Source: Monocercomonoides exilis PA203 (Eukaryota > Protista > Preaxostyla). Taken from it: a stretch of 64,000 nt of DNA. The stretch spans positions 682,001 to 746,000 of the forward strand of contig LSRY02000025.1 of assembly GCA_001643675.2 (NCBI GenBank). Direction: 5' to 3'. The notes beneath the pieces are model-generated. The model searched no databases. It had not been told where the DNA came from and worked only from the letters and a program-made list of their open reading frames with translations. Both the position numbers and the translations under genes were made by a program. Shown here piece by piece: positions 32,401-45,700 of this stretch. Numbering within the stretch: the stretch's first letter is position 1; each line of letters begins with the position of its first letter.

Positions 32401-35400
32401 GCAGGTCCGCCAATGCATGCTGCTTGCAAATCATCAAACGTGGCATATGTTGCCGTGGTCAGTCCAAACTGCAATTTGACTTTATTTTCCATTTCATTTG
32501 GAAACAAAGAAGAGTTTTTGTCCGATTTCGATAGCGGCAAGGAAGAAGATCCAGAAAATGCACTAGACGAATTAAAACTTGAAGGAATAGGAGAAGCATA
32601 TGGAGATGGAGTCGAAGAATGTGATAGAACCGAAACAGGAGATCCTGAGGAAGATAAAGATAAAGATGGAGATTGAGAAGGAGAAGGAGATGGAGATGGA
32701 GACGGAGACGGAGAAGTTGAGGGAGATGGGGAGGAAGATGGAGAAAGTGAACGGGAAGGGGAAAGGTATGCAGCATTGGATAACATTGGTGAACTTGAGC
32801 TGGAATAATATCCATGCTTTGATGTTCCATTCTTTGGGACAGTTCCAAACAACGAAGAAATCAAAATGTCATCTGATTTGTTCTCCAATCCTTGTGACTT
32901 TTGCATTCTTTCTCGATATCGATTGTGCGACGATGATTTTCCTTTGCTCTTTTCGTTGATAACAATTGATTGAATAAAGGGAACGCCAAGCAATCTTATT
33001 GCTTGAAGCAAATAGTCCAAATCAACAGTCTCATTCAATGCAGAAAAATGTGTCCGTTTTCTTTCGCAATGCCATTCTCCTGATCCAAACAACGACTTAT
33101 GAAGAGGACGATCTTTTGCAATTGACTTTGAATCAAAACCATCTGCTCTTCCTAACAACATAGCCGAAACAACATCATTTGAAATGTCTGGAAGATCTGG
33201 ATTTCCTCTGTTTGCAAGGCGATTGGCCATTTGAAGTGCTTGTTGTGCTTTAGGTGTGAACTGAGGCTGCTTCAAAGGAGCAAATTGTTTAGTAACGGCA
33301 GATTTCAGTCTCATCAAAATAGACTTTTCCTTTTTGTTAAGTGAAGAAAATGGAGAATAGACAGGCAAATTTGACATTATCTGCTTTGAAGAATGCTCTT
33401 CTTCCATTTCCATTCGAATGCTGTTTTGCTTTTTGAAAATCTTTTCATTAATTTTCGTTTTTTCATATTCCATCAAATCTTTCTTCCTTTTCATTGAAGA
33501 GTATTCTTTCAATTCAGTCTCTATTCGTGTTTTGTGCAGCGCCATAAGCATCAATGAGGCTGGATCAGAAGCAACAGCATCAATTGAATCCAGCAAACAG
33601 TTGAATCTCTCAGCAACGTTTAAAGCTGCTCCACTTTGGAACACACCAAATTTCTCAACAAAGTCATCCTCAAACATCTGCTGTGTATAGACTGATGGAT
33701 CCATCTGCTCTTCTTCTCTTTCAATGTCTTCTTTATCACTCGATTTCTTATTGCTAACTTCATTGACACTTTTGCACAAGCGCTCAATGTGTGCCAGCAA
33801 CCACATAACATTCGAAACAGCTGATGTTGGCCTCAGAAATGACTCTATCATCGTCTGTGGATTTGGAAGTGGCAATAGCATTGGAAGCAACTTCTCAAGA
33901 ACTGCTTTTGACTCTTTTTTACCATCAGTTTGTCTCATATCCATTTCATCCACATCCATCTCCATATTATTGTGATCTTCAGCATCATCACCATTTTTCT
34001 GGGCAATTCCCTTTCTGACAGCAGCTGTCGTTCTGTTTGGAGGACGACGATCGTACGGCTGGAAGCGCACATCCAGCACAGAACAAATGAGACTGTGCAT
34101 TTTTTGAACAAGTGAAAGAAACTCTTTCATAAGCACAAACAGCAGTGAGTTCATAATGAATGGAGTGTTTCTCTTGCTTACCAATAGCCAAGACACAAAA
34201 TCTTTGTAATTCACTCCTTTTTGTTGGTTCGTTCTAAACTTCTTTTGTTGACTCGTCTGAGAATCATTGTTGATAACATATGGCTTGGAACCGGAATCAA
34301 AAGCAGTTGAAAAGCTTTTCTGAAGCTGAGGAAAAGGATTGAAAAGATCAAAATCACTGAAATCGTTCCAGTCTTTTGGAATGCCGCAATATTGCTCCAT
34401 CAAAGGCATTCCAAACACACAAAACACGAAAAAAGATAAAAACTTCAAGATTGACTCAAATATTTCCCATGACTCTGGAAACTTGCGATGAAACATGCCA
34501 CTTTTAACATCAAATTCTACAGAAGCTTTTCGAGCTTGATTGACATCTTTTGTGTGCCTGGCTTCTGCAATAAGAGTTAAAATACGAGCTATGTGCCCTA
34601 ACAGAACAACCAAATATTGTGGGCTTTCTTTTTTTGAGAAAGAGTCACTTGTGTCAGACTGTGTCAAAAGTCCATCTTTCTCGTCACTTTGATGCTTGCC
34701 TTGAGGCAGTGATTGCTTAAACTCTGATGAGATTGAAGGTTCTTCCAATGTTGTTGCAACTGTGTCCGCTTGCATCGAACTGGACTCGTTTTCAATTACT
34801 GGCTTCGGTTCTTCTTCCATTGCAATAGATGACTGCATTTGCTCCGAATCAGAAGTACCAATTGGAGAAGAAGATGACGAAGGTTTATCGTTTATTTTTC
34901 CCCTCATTATCCGTCTTTTTTTCAGAATTTTATCAATCCGGTAACTCCACAGCAGTTTCTGAGCTGGTAAGTGCATCGGCATTTCAGGAGCAGAATAGCC
35001 AGAATCCATGTTTTTGATGTACAACGAAGGCAAATCATATTCCCAGCGAGACGGATGCAGACTCAGCGATGGTGGAACATAATCTCCTTCTCCTCCGATT
35101 TCGTCACTGGGGCTGATGTTCTCACACAGAATCTGCGGATCCGGAGGCAAATTATCTGGAACCATTGAGCTTGGCACTGGAAGTCCTGTGCGAGTATCTT
35201 CTTCTGGTGAAAAGGGAAAGTCATCAATTGCTTGCTCGCTTGAAAGTTGTTCGGGTGTTGATGGACGCAGTGGAACAGAGTCTTTATCGCTGCCACTGTC
35301 ATTATTGTCTTCATTGTTATTGTTACTGCTTTTGCTTTTGCTATTTGCATTTTTCTTGGATGAACTTCGAAGATTCTTTCTTGTTGCAACTTTTCCACTT

Positions 35401-36681
35401 TTTGTTTCATTTTCTTTTTGTTCATTTTTTGCCTTTGTTGGTTTCTCTTTCGATTCTTCTGATTTTTCTTCTTCCGTAACAGTTCCTTCATCACTCTCTT
35501 TGTTCTCATCAGATTCATCCATGCTATTCCATCCTTGATTGCTCTTTCTGTTCTTTCCCTTTTTAGACGACGAGGTTGACTGCTTTGAATTATTGCTGTT
35601 ATTGCTGTTGTTATTTGTGCTTGAATTACTACTGCTGTTATATGCATCATCATTGTTATTATTATGATTACCGTTTTTATTGTTATTTCCTCCATTAAAT
35701 CCATTTAAATAACTACTATTGTAATTATACGAATTTTTCTTTGCAGAACCACTCATTGAATCCAGCTCGCTCAACACAAAATAATTCGATGACGGGCCAT
35801 TTGGTGGCAAGTGTGCTATTTCAGACAGCGTCCTTCGTTTTTCCAATGCGCACTCTCTGGTTGTTGCATTCTTCTTCCACTCGCTCAGAGTCTCGCTGTA
35901 TTGATCGTTCTGCAGTGCCATCCACATCTTGTCTGAGTCTCTCTTGTGCAGCAGCAGGCGCTTGTGCTGCAGCTCCAGCCTTTCCAGCAGACGAGGAATG
36001 AACACAAGGGGAGAGCATCTAAGTCCGTTCAGCGGATTCAGCGTGTGAGTGAATGGGATGGGCGGAATGGTAACTGAAATTTGAGGAGATGTGTTGAAGA
36101 AGCTGGGTGATTGCGGTTGGACAACAGCATATGATGACAGATTCGTTGGAGACTGAGGGTTGCCTTGTGGTGGGAAGGCATCAGAAGAAGTTGCTGGACT
36201 GTTTGCAGTGGAAGATACTGGAGGAAAAGAGGAGGAGGAAGAAGATGAAGAAGAAGATGCTGATGCAGAATGAGACAGCAATGGAGAAGATGAAGAATAT
36301 TTCAATGAATTTGATTTTGGGGAAGGTGAAGTTGCTGGAGGAGAAAGAGCAAAAGGAGAAGGAGGAGAAGAAGAAGGAGACGGAAAAAACACAGAAGCAG
36401 GAGCGTAAATCAATGAAGCACGGTTGATTTCTAAACTTGATGAAGATGAAGATTTGTTTGGTATTACTGGGAAAGATGCTTTACTTGCTGAATTTTTAGC
36501 AGAAGAATCGTTGTAGCTTTGACTAACATGTCCAATTCTAATCAATGAAGGGTTGAGCATAGCAGCTGTTGTCAAACTCCTTGCCATTTCTGATAAAGAT
36601 GGTGATGAAGAAGAAGGTGAAGAGGAGGAAGAGGAAGAGGAGGAGGAGGAGGAGGAAGAGGAGGAAGAGGAGGAAGAGGAA

Positions 36682-36713
<32 letters not shown>

Positions 36714-39700
36714 AGAAGAGGAGGAAGTAGGGGAGGAAGAAGAAGGAGATGCCGTTGTTGTTGTCGGAGCAAGCGCAGTTGCAGTGTATACACTTTGACT
36801 CTTTCCCACAGCAACTGAATGGTGCATAAGCATCTCCTTCTCCATCGACGTTCTCAGAATCTCCAGAGACATCGGCGACAGCACACGCAAGTCAATTCCC
36901 TTCGAAGCTGAGAAAGCAGCTGAAGGCTTTGGCATCACATAAGGAAGAGACAGGTTGTGCAGAAGAGAAAGGAGCGACTTGTTCTCCTTCGGGTTGATAG
37001 GAGAAGGAAATGTGGCCAAATGAAAAGCAATCGAATTCTGGCGGTTAAAATGGAGACTTTCCAACGGGAAATGAGCAGCAAATGTGTTGATTGCGCGGAG
37101 CTGGTTGAACGACACGAACTTGTGAATGGAAGCGTGGTGGTTGTATGACAAAGAGAAGGGGCATTCAGACTCAGATGAATAACCATAGCGCTCATAGACT
37201 GGCTTGGGCTTGTATGCGATCAATGCTTCGACAGCATCTGTCTGACTGTCGAAATCAGAGATGGGATCTCCATTGGCAGACTGTTGGATGCTATTTGACT
37301 GAGTCTGCTGAGGAGAGGTATTTGTGGCAGGTTGGGCTGGAACTGGGCTTTTCTCATGGGCAACAGCTGGTGAAGAAGGCAAAGAAGAAGAAGAAGAAGA
37401 AGAAGACGTTGAAGAAGGGGAAGAGTAAGGAGGAGGAGGAGAAGAAGAAGAAGAAGTGGAAGAAGAAGTGAAAGCAGAGAGAGAAGCAGAAAGATGAGAA
37501 GCAGCCGCAGAGGCGGAGGAGGCTGATGAAAGAGCAGAAACAGAGGCTTGAACTAACACAGACACAGACGGATGAGAAGGTTGAGTTGAAGAAGGAGGAG
37601 TCACCATATTAGTAGCCAACGTGTATATTTTGGATACAGGAGACATGTTATTGACATCAAGATTGATAAACGAGGGAGAAGGAAATGAACTAGTAGTTTG
37701 GCGCATGCTATTCTTTTGTGGGGGTTTTTCCTTAAGCACAACGCTTGTGGAGGTTGCTTGGATTGATCTGACAGATGTTAGATCGCTTTTGCCAAATGTT
37801 ATCGAAGACGGGTTCAATTGGGCATATGGCTGTATTGCTGTGTTCTTTGCCTGCAAGTGCAATTGTTGTTGATTGACTGGAGAATTATACGGTGTATTTT
37901 TCATGTTGCCTTTTGTTGTTTCGCTTTCTGGTGAGTTTCGAGGATATGAAACTCGTTCATTTTTGTTCTTATTGGCAGAAGTGTTATTTGGAGTTGTATT
38001 TTCTTCGGTTTTTGAGTCTGACTCAGAATTTGAGTTGCTTCGTGCTCTTGTTCTGGATCGCAGCTCAAACTTGTTCTCAAACGGAAACGGGATTCTCTTC
38101 TTTCGCGGTTTTGGCTTTGATTTTGAAGAAGCATCTTCGTTTTGTTCTGCTGTGGACATTTTGTCATCTGAAGTTTCATTCACTTCCATCCCATCTGTTC
38201 CTTTGGTATTCTTTGCATCTCTTTCGTTTTCATCAATTTTTTCGTTCTTCTCAACATCCATTGAAATATCCTTTTCTGCCTCTTTCTTCTCATTCTCTTT
38301 TGTTTCTTGTGATTCCATTGTTTTCCCTTCTGCTTTGATTTCTGCTTCATTTGTTTTGTTTTTCACGATGTTTGCATCTTTGCTTTGTTGCTCAGACTCC
38401 ATTTTCGTATCAGACAAGTTTCTCCCTTCGGCACTTGCTCCAAATTTATGATCCAAAGGCAAAGTTGGTTTTGATATTGGTATTAAAGAAGAAGATGAAG
38501 AAGAAGAAGGCACAAGAGAATTTTTGAAGGAAGGCATCTTCGCTTTCACATAAGCTGTGAGCGCAGAGGATAATGCTGAAGCAGACGAAGCTGCAGATTC
38601 AGCCTCAGAAGATTGTGAAATCGCAGCAGCAGAAGAAGAAATAGATGAAGAAGCAGAAGAGGAGGAAGAAAAAGAAGAAGAAGTTTCCTTTGCACCTGAT
38701 TGTGCAGGAGCAGTAGTTGTAGTAGTAGGCGATTTGTTACGAGGTGGTAGGACAGCTGGAAATATGCTCTTTGATGAGTGAGAAGACTGAAGAGGCGCTT
38801 GTACTGTAGGAAATGTCTTTGGAAACGGATTTTGTGGAATGCCAATGTTTGAGTTCAGATGAGCAGGAACATAATGCGAAGGGGTGAGGAAAGGCAAAAA
38901 TGGCTGTTTTGCAGCTGATTGGTCAGATGTTGTTGTGGAATCTTCATCTTTCGATTTTTCGTCTTTATTTGTGTCTTTTTCTTTGTCTTTGTCAATTTTT
39001 TGTTTGACTTTCGTTGTACTGTCATTCAAATTTTCCGACTCATTTGCTTTTTCTAGCTCAGTTTCAGCACTAACATTTGATTCTTCTTGTTGTTCTTGCA
39101 ATTCTTCCGGTTCTTGTGACATTCGTTGTTCTTGTTCACTTTGTGGTGGACGCTCAATTATTTTGTCTATTTCAGAAGTTTTCTCATTGTTCTCTTTGAA
39201 CATTGACGATTCCTGTTCATTTGGAGTCTTACTCGAATCAACATCATCCACCCCTTCCTTCTTTTGTGATGAAGATGTTGGCTGTTCCTGTTCTGATTGT
39301 TGTTCATTTGACAAATCTGATTTGTTGACCTCCTGTGACGATGATGAATTCACATTCTGCGAAGATTCTTCAGTCTTTCCAAAAAAAATGTTTTCTTGTG
39401 GAGGATAATGCAACACTTTCTGGTTATTTTGTGGTGAATGCTCAGAATTTGGCTGAACATTATGTTGCGTTGCATCTGCTGTTCCAGTTGTTCCATTTGA
39501 CCCATTAGATGCTGTTACAGTCGTTGTATTTGCCGTGTTTGTATTTGACGCATTTGTCGTGCCAGCAGCAAGTGAATAAGGCGTCGGAATTGGAGCAGCT
39601 AACGCCACACATGTCTGCAGCGGCTTGCCCACCACCAGATTCGATGACAAAAAAGGGGTGATGTGTAGAGCAGACTTGTTTGCACAAGGCTGCCCACTCG

Positions 39701-42700
39701 TATTGTGTGTGGCTGAAACATACGTCCCCTTTTTGTAGATCATCGCTGGGCAAGTATCAGCCACTGGGTTCCCTCCATATGGATAGGGGCTGGAGAACTG
39801 GGAGTTGGCAGCTGGAATTACTATGTCATTCAGCGTCTTCAATTCGCTTTCGCTTCTGCCTTCGGTCACATTCGTGTTTGTATTTGAATTCTCATTCTTA
39901 TTTGTGCTTGTATTTAAATTTGTGATAGAATTTGCACTTGAGCTTTGCTTTGCTGTTTTTTTAGATGTTGAATTTCCACTTTTGCTGGTTCCTGTCCGAC
40001 CCCTCTTTCTTGTGTTTGATGTTGTTTCACTTTCAGAGCCTGACTTAGAATTTCCTTTTCCTCCTTCTGTTTTTTCATCATCTTTGTCTGCCTCAGGCAC
40101 TGTAAATGTCCCTGTCTTGAAGTCGTAGTCTTCCAAACTCATTCGGCCATTTTTTATGAGGTAAAACAGTTTGTTCGCTTTCTCCTTCGCTTTTCTGTCC
40201 ATATCCAATGGCTTCAGTGCATTGTCGTCTTTTGAAGCTTCAGGCTTTGATGATTCTTGCTTGGAAGTTGATGGCTCTGTAATGGGTGATTTTGACATGT
40301 TATTATTTGACATGTTTTGATTTGTCTTGCTCGCTGACTCTGTTTCATTTTCGGTGAGAGCCTCATTTTTATTTGTACCATCAGAGTTTTGTGCTTTTCC
40401 TTTTATTTGTGTTTTTTCTTTCCTCTTCGCCTTTTCAGTTTTTTTTGATTTTGCTTTTGCTTTTGATTTTTGACTTTTCGGTTTAATTTTCTTCTCTTCT
40501 TTTATCTCAATCTCTTCAGTCTCTTCGGCATCTTCTGTTTCTTCGTCTTTTGTTTCATTTTCTTTTTCCATTTTTCTATTTTCTTCATCCATTTCCTCTT
40601 TCTCTTCACCCTCTTCTTCCTCTTCCTCTTCCTCTTCTCCTTCCTCATCCTCATCTTCTTCTTCTCCCTCTTCCTCTTCTTCCTCTTCCTCTTCCTCCTC
40701 TTCCCTCAACTTTTCATCTCTGTTATTCTTCAGCTGGTATATATTCACTTTCCTCGGGTCTGTCCCTTCCTTCTCCTCTTCCAGCAGCTCCTTCAGCTCA
40801 TCCAGCGTCGGTAGCATCAGCAAAAACGAGTTCATCCTCATCGAACGCGACGTGCAAGGGCACAAAAGCTCCCTCGACCTGTCCACAAGCTGCGCTGCAT
40901 CCATCTTCCCGCTTATCTCTGGCCTTCTCACCGGCCTCTTCACAGGCGTCAGGTTGACTGCCCTGACAGGGTGGTTGAAGAAGCCGTAGTATTTCGTAGA
41001 CGCAGTCGGACCGTTCATCCACGTCAGCCTGACTGATATGCGGCAGCGCTTCTTCTGCGACAGAGAGCTAATCGCACAGCACAGAACACTGGGCGAATTG
41101 TGTGCGTCTGACCAGTGGAGATTTCGGGAGGCTGCACGTGATGGACGCAGATTAATCCCAGATTCGGATTTGGCGTTGGCTGTGTTGTCTGTGTTTGTGT
41201 TTGAATCTGTGCTCGAATTTGTGTTTGTATTTGTTTCATTGCTGTCTGTCGTTTCCTTTTCATCTGTTTTGCTATTCTTTTCAGGAGATTCTTCTGTTGA
41301 GAGTGTTTCTGGAGTGGCTGATTCAGAGGGAGTTGTTGGTGTGACAGGGGGTGTTTGCAATGTTGATGGAGCTGCTTCAGATGAAGAATCAGATGATGAT
41401 GAAGAGGAAGAGGAGGAAGAGGAGGAAGAGGAGGAAGAGGAGGAAGAGGAGGAAGAGGAGGAAGAGGAGGAAGAGGAGGAGGAGGAAGAAGAAGAAGAAG
41501 AAGAAGAAGAAGAAGAAGAAGAAAGAGAAAGAGAAAGAGAAGGGAAAAGTAAGGAAGGAGAAGGAGACATAGAAGGAGAAGGAGAGATAGAAGGAGAAGG
41601 AGAATGAGTAATTGAAGGAGAAGATGATAAAGACGAAGGGGAAGAGGAAGAGGAAGAAGGAGGAAAGGAAGAAGGAGAAGGGGAAGGAGAAGAAGATTGA
41701 AACTGCATTTGCATTTGTTGAGAGGATAGTGAATAAGATTCTTGTGCATCTGGAGAGATTGCAATAATTGAAGGAGAGGAGGAAGAAGAGGGAGAAGTTG
41801 GATAAGCATAAAAATATGAATAAGAAGGAGTAGAGGAAGTAGAAGCAGAAGCAGATGCAGGTGCAGATGCAGATGCAGAAGATGGAGAGGAAGCAGAAGA
41901 AGAAGAAATAAAAGAATAAGAAGGATCAGAACCAGAAGAAACAGAACCGGAACCAGAAGAAATAGAAGCAGCAGCGGTAGTGGCAGCAGTATAAGAAGCA
42001 TATTTCGATGCCTGATATTCTGCAGGCGATGAATACACACAAGTGGCATTGTTCATATTCGAATTCGCATTCACTTTCTGATTCTGATTCTGATTCTGAC
42101 TCGAATTTCTCATATCATTTTTGTTCTGCGCCATCATTTTGGTTAAAGCATCAAGTTTTTTGCAGCTCTGCTTCAGCAATTGGAGAGGAGGGGTTGTGAT
42201 GAACTTGTGGTATCTTTTCAGAACTAAACTAAGCTCTCTTGCTGTTGGCTGAGAAGGGATTGAGATACGCTGAGGGAATATGGATGCTTCTGGATCATTT
42301 TCAGATTTCTTGCGGGAAGGGAAAGGATATGAAGAGGAAGAGGAAGTGGGAGAAGAAGAAGAAGAAAGAGGAGAAAGAAGAGGAGGAGAAGCAGAAGAAG
42401 AAGATGGTGATGATGACTTTGAGGATGGCGAAGACAATGAGGAAGAAACAGAAGAGGAGGAAGAAGAAGAAGAAATCGACAAAGAAGGAAGAGGAGAAGG
42501 AGAAGGGGGATTCACCAGAAATACACTTGATTGAGGATATTGCTGACTCAATCCAACTTGATAAGAATTTTGTGCTCCTCCATTTTGCAGCGAGCCAAAT
42601 GTGTTGCTATTTTGTGGATGGAGAAAAGCAGCTGATGTTATTTGTGAGATCAGTTTGAGTGCCGGCGGAGATGTGTTCGTGGTGGAAGGCACAGGATGTG

Positions 42701-45700
42701 CAGAGGGAAGAGGAAGGGGTGGAGCTTTGGGCTGTTGAGGCAAAGAAGGAATGGCTGGGGCAGGAGAGAGAATGGATTGGGGAAGGGTGGATGGGTTGAG
42801 GAGCTGGGAGGAAGAGGAAGAAGAGGAAGAAGAGGAAGAAGAGGAAGAAGAGGAAGAGGAAAGGGAATTTTGTAAAAGTTGTGAAGCTGTTGGTATCAGT
42901 GGGGTTGTAGAAGAAAGGGTAGGAGATAATGTTGTCAGTGAAGAAGAATCAGAAGATTGTGCAGCAAGCTGTTGGCGCATAGCAACCATTTGAGATACCA
43001 ATTCAGAAGACAGCGAAGGAGCACCAAGTTGCACAATAGCTGGTGTTATTAACGATGAAGCTGATAACAATGGCGATAAAGAAGAAGAAGAAGATGATGA
43101 TGATGAAGATGCTGATGATGAAGCAGATAGCAAAGGTGATGTAGCTATCATATTTGCTGGTCCTTGTGCTGACTGAGAAACACTCACAAAACCAGCACCA
43201 GCTTGTCCAAATGCTGTTTTCAATGATGCCGAGTAGGAAGCAGCGAGTGCAGCAGTGGCTGATGGGGAAAGCTTTGCAGGGAGCATTGGGAATCTCCTTT
43301 CAGCGGGCAGGACAAGAGGAATTGGGAGAGAAGAACGAGAGGGAGCGGAGAGGGGAGAATGGATGATGTCAGCAGGAGTGAATGGGGAAGGGTGCATGAA
43401 ACGGATGCGCTTGCCGAATTCGGGTCGTTTGTTGAGAGAAGATGATTTGGAAGAAGAAGATGATGACGATGATGAAGATGAAGATGACGATTTTCCTGTG
43501 TTTCCTCCACCAGATGATGCACGTCCTCCTCTTTTGCCTTCAGAATCCTGTGCTCTTTTGTTCCTTTTCGTGCTATTTCTCACTGAAAACCCTGGTCTGT
43601 ATGCTCTGTCGTTGCGCCTTCTTGATTCCTCTTCTATGAGCTCATCGCTGTCTGCATCTGACAATTCATAACTGTCGCCATCATCATCATCTTCACTCAA
43701 ATTCGATCTGAACAGCTGCCGATGAGCAAAATGCTGGTGGAGCAGGTGTTTGCGTGATTGCTTTGCGGAAGTGGTCTCTTTTGGCTGTTTGCCTTCTGAT
43801 GAGGCTTCTGCTTCTTGTTCTTCATCATATCCTTCTTTGTCTTCTGTTTCTTTTTCATTTTCTTCAGCTCTTTCTTCTTCTCTTTCTTCAATATCATTTT
43901 CTTCCTCATCTTCTTCCATCCCTTCATATTCAACATCTTCTTCTTCCTCCTTGCCTTCATCATCCTCTTCTTGTTCCTCTTCTTCATCTTCTCCAGCTTC
44001 TTCATTTTCTGCACTTTCGTATTCTCTTTCTCTTCCTCTTTCCTCTTCAGTTTCTTCATCCTCTCCTTCCTCATTAAACTCCTCCTCTTCCTCCATCCCT
44101 CTTCCTCCTTTTCTCTCTTCTTTTCCTTCAATATCGTAATCATCATTATCTTCTTCCTCCTCCTCCTCTTCTTCTTCCTCATCATCATATTCCTCTTCAT
44201 CCAGAAAAGGTGACATATCATCTGAACTCCTTCTCCTCAATCGATTCATCGAACCACCAAAAAGCTGTTTCCCACTTTTCTCTTTGTTCCCTTTCTTCGA
44301 ACTCGCCTTCTCGTTCTTCTTCTTCTTCCTCTGTGATATTTGCTCTCTGTAGTTGTTTTCGTATCTTCCTGTCATTTTCGACGAGCGCAGGTTCGGGCTG
44401 TCTGAAAGCGCCTGCATTTTCAACTCAATCGCAAAATCTGAGTTCATAAACGACTCCACAAAGGAAACAAAAGGGAAATCTCTCTTTTCATACGGCTGCG
44501 CCTGCTGCAGCGGCACCTGCTGGTTTTTGCTGTTCTCCATTGCCTGGTCCAGTTCTTCAGCATAGTGTGCTTTCTTCCCTGCATACAGAGCAGCGATTGT
44601 GTCGACATCTTCATTTTTGATGAAACGAGATAGAAGAATCAGAATGTTCAGAGGCATCGCATATGACAATGTTGGATAAGGAAGAGGTTTGAAATCTGAA
44701 GAGGATGAATACAAAGACGATTCTTCAGACACAGAATATCCAGAAAGTGGAGTGGACGGCACTGAGAAGGCGTCTGCTTTGTACAGCTTTGTCGGGTCTG
44801 TTGGATCAGAAGCAGACGGATCGATGTCATAGAGCGAATTGTTAGCTAGTCTTGTTTTGCTTGCTTGTGATTTATTCGAATTATTATTAATATTATTATT
44901 ACTATTGCTATTATTATGATTATCTTTTCTACTTATCCTGAACTTTATTGCCGTCGATGCACTTTCTTTCCCCCTTGCACTTTCTTTCAGGATAACCTCA
45001 GCAATCTTCCTAATCTCCTTCTCCTTCTGCTGCAGCACAGACTCCTCCACCATCCGCATAATCATCTCGAACGACGCTCTGACTGACTCCACTTTCGCAG
45101 CCATCCAATCATACTGCTGCATCTCGTCCTCCACACGAAACATCAGCTCTTCAAACAGCGTGCGTTTCAGCTCTTTGAATGCGCCTTCCATCCCAATGGG
45201 CACAGACATCAGCTCATAGTTCACGACAAGCGAGGCTGGGGACAAATGGAAGCGGGACGTGTGCTGGATGAACGACTCTTCTGCATTAAAGGACTGGAAG
45301 GAGCCGGTTGCAGAGGGCACTTTAAAGGCAAATGGATAAGGGACGCTGAAAACCCCACGGCGAAGGAAAGAAAGGAGAGAGAAAAGGGTTTCTTGGGAAG
45401 AGGAGGAGAAAAACGAAGAGGAATTCAAAGAAGGGAAGTTGATGTCAGAGAATGATGAAGAATCATTTGGAGAAAAATGTTTTATTGGCAGAATTGGAAA
45501 AGAAGGGTTAGAATCATACGAGGTTTCCTCAAACAATGAAGAAGAAGAAGAAGAAGAAGAAGCAGAAAATGAATCAAAATCCAATCTTCTCTTCACCTGT
45601 TTCTGTTTCTGTTTCTGTATCTCCTTCATTAAATACTCCATTTTCCTCTTTCTCTCTTCCCCCATCACTGCATCAAGTGATACTGTCTCCACAAGAAACT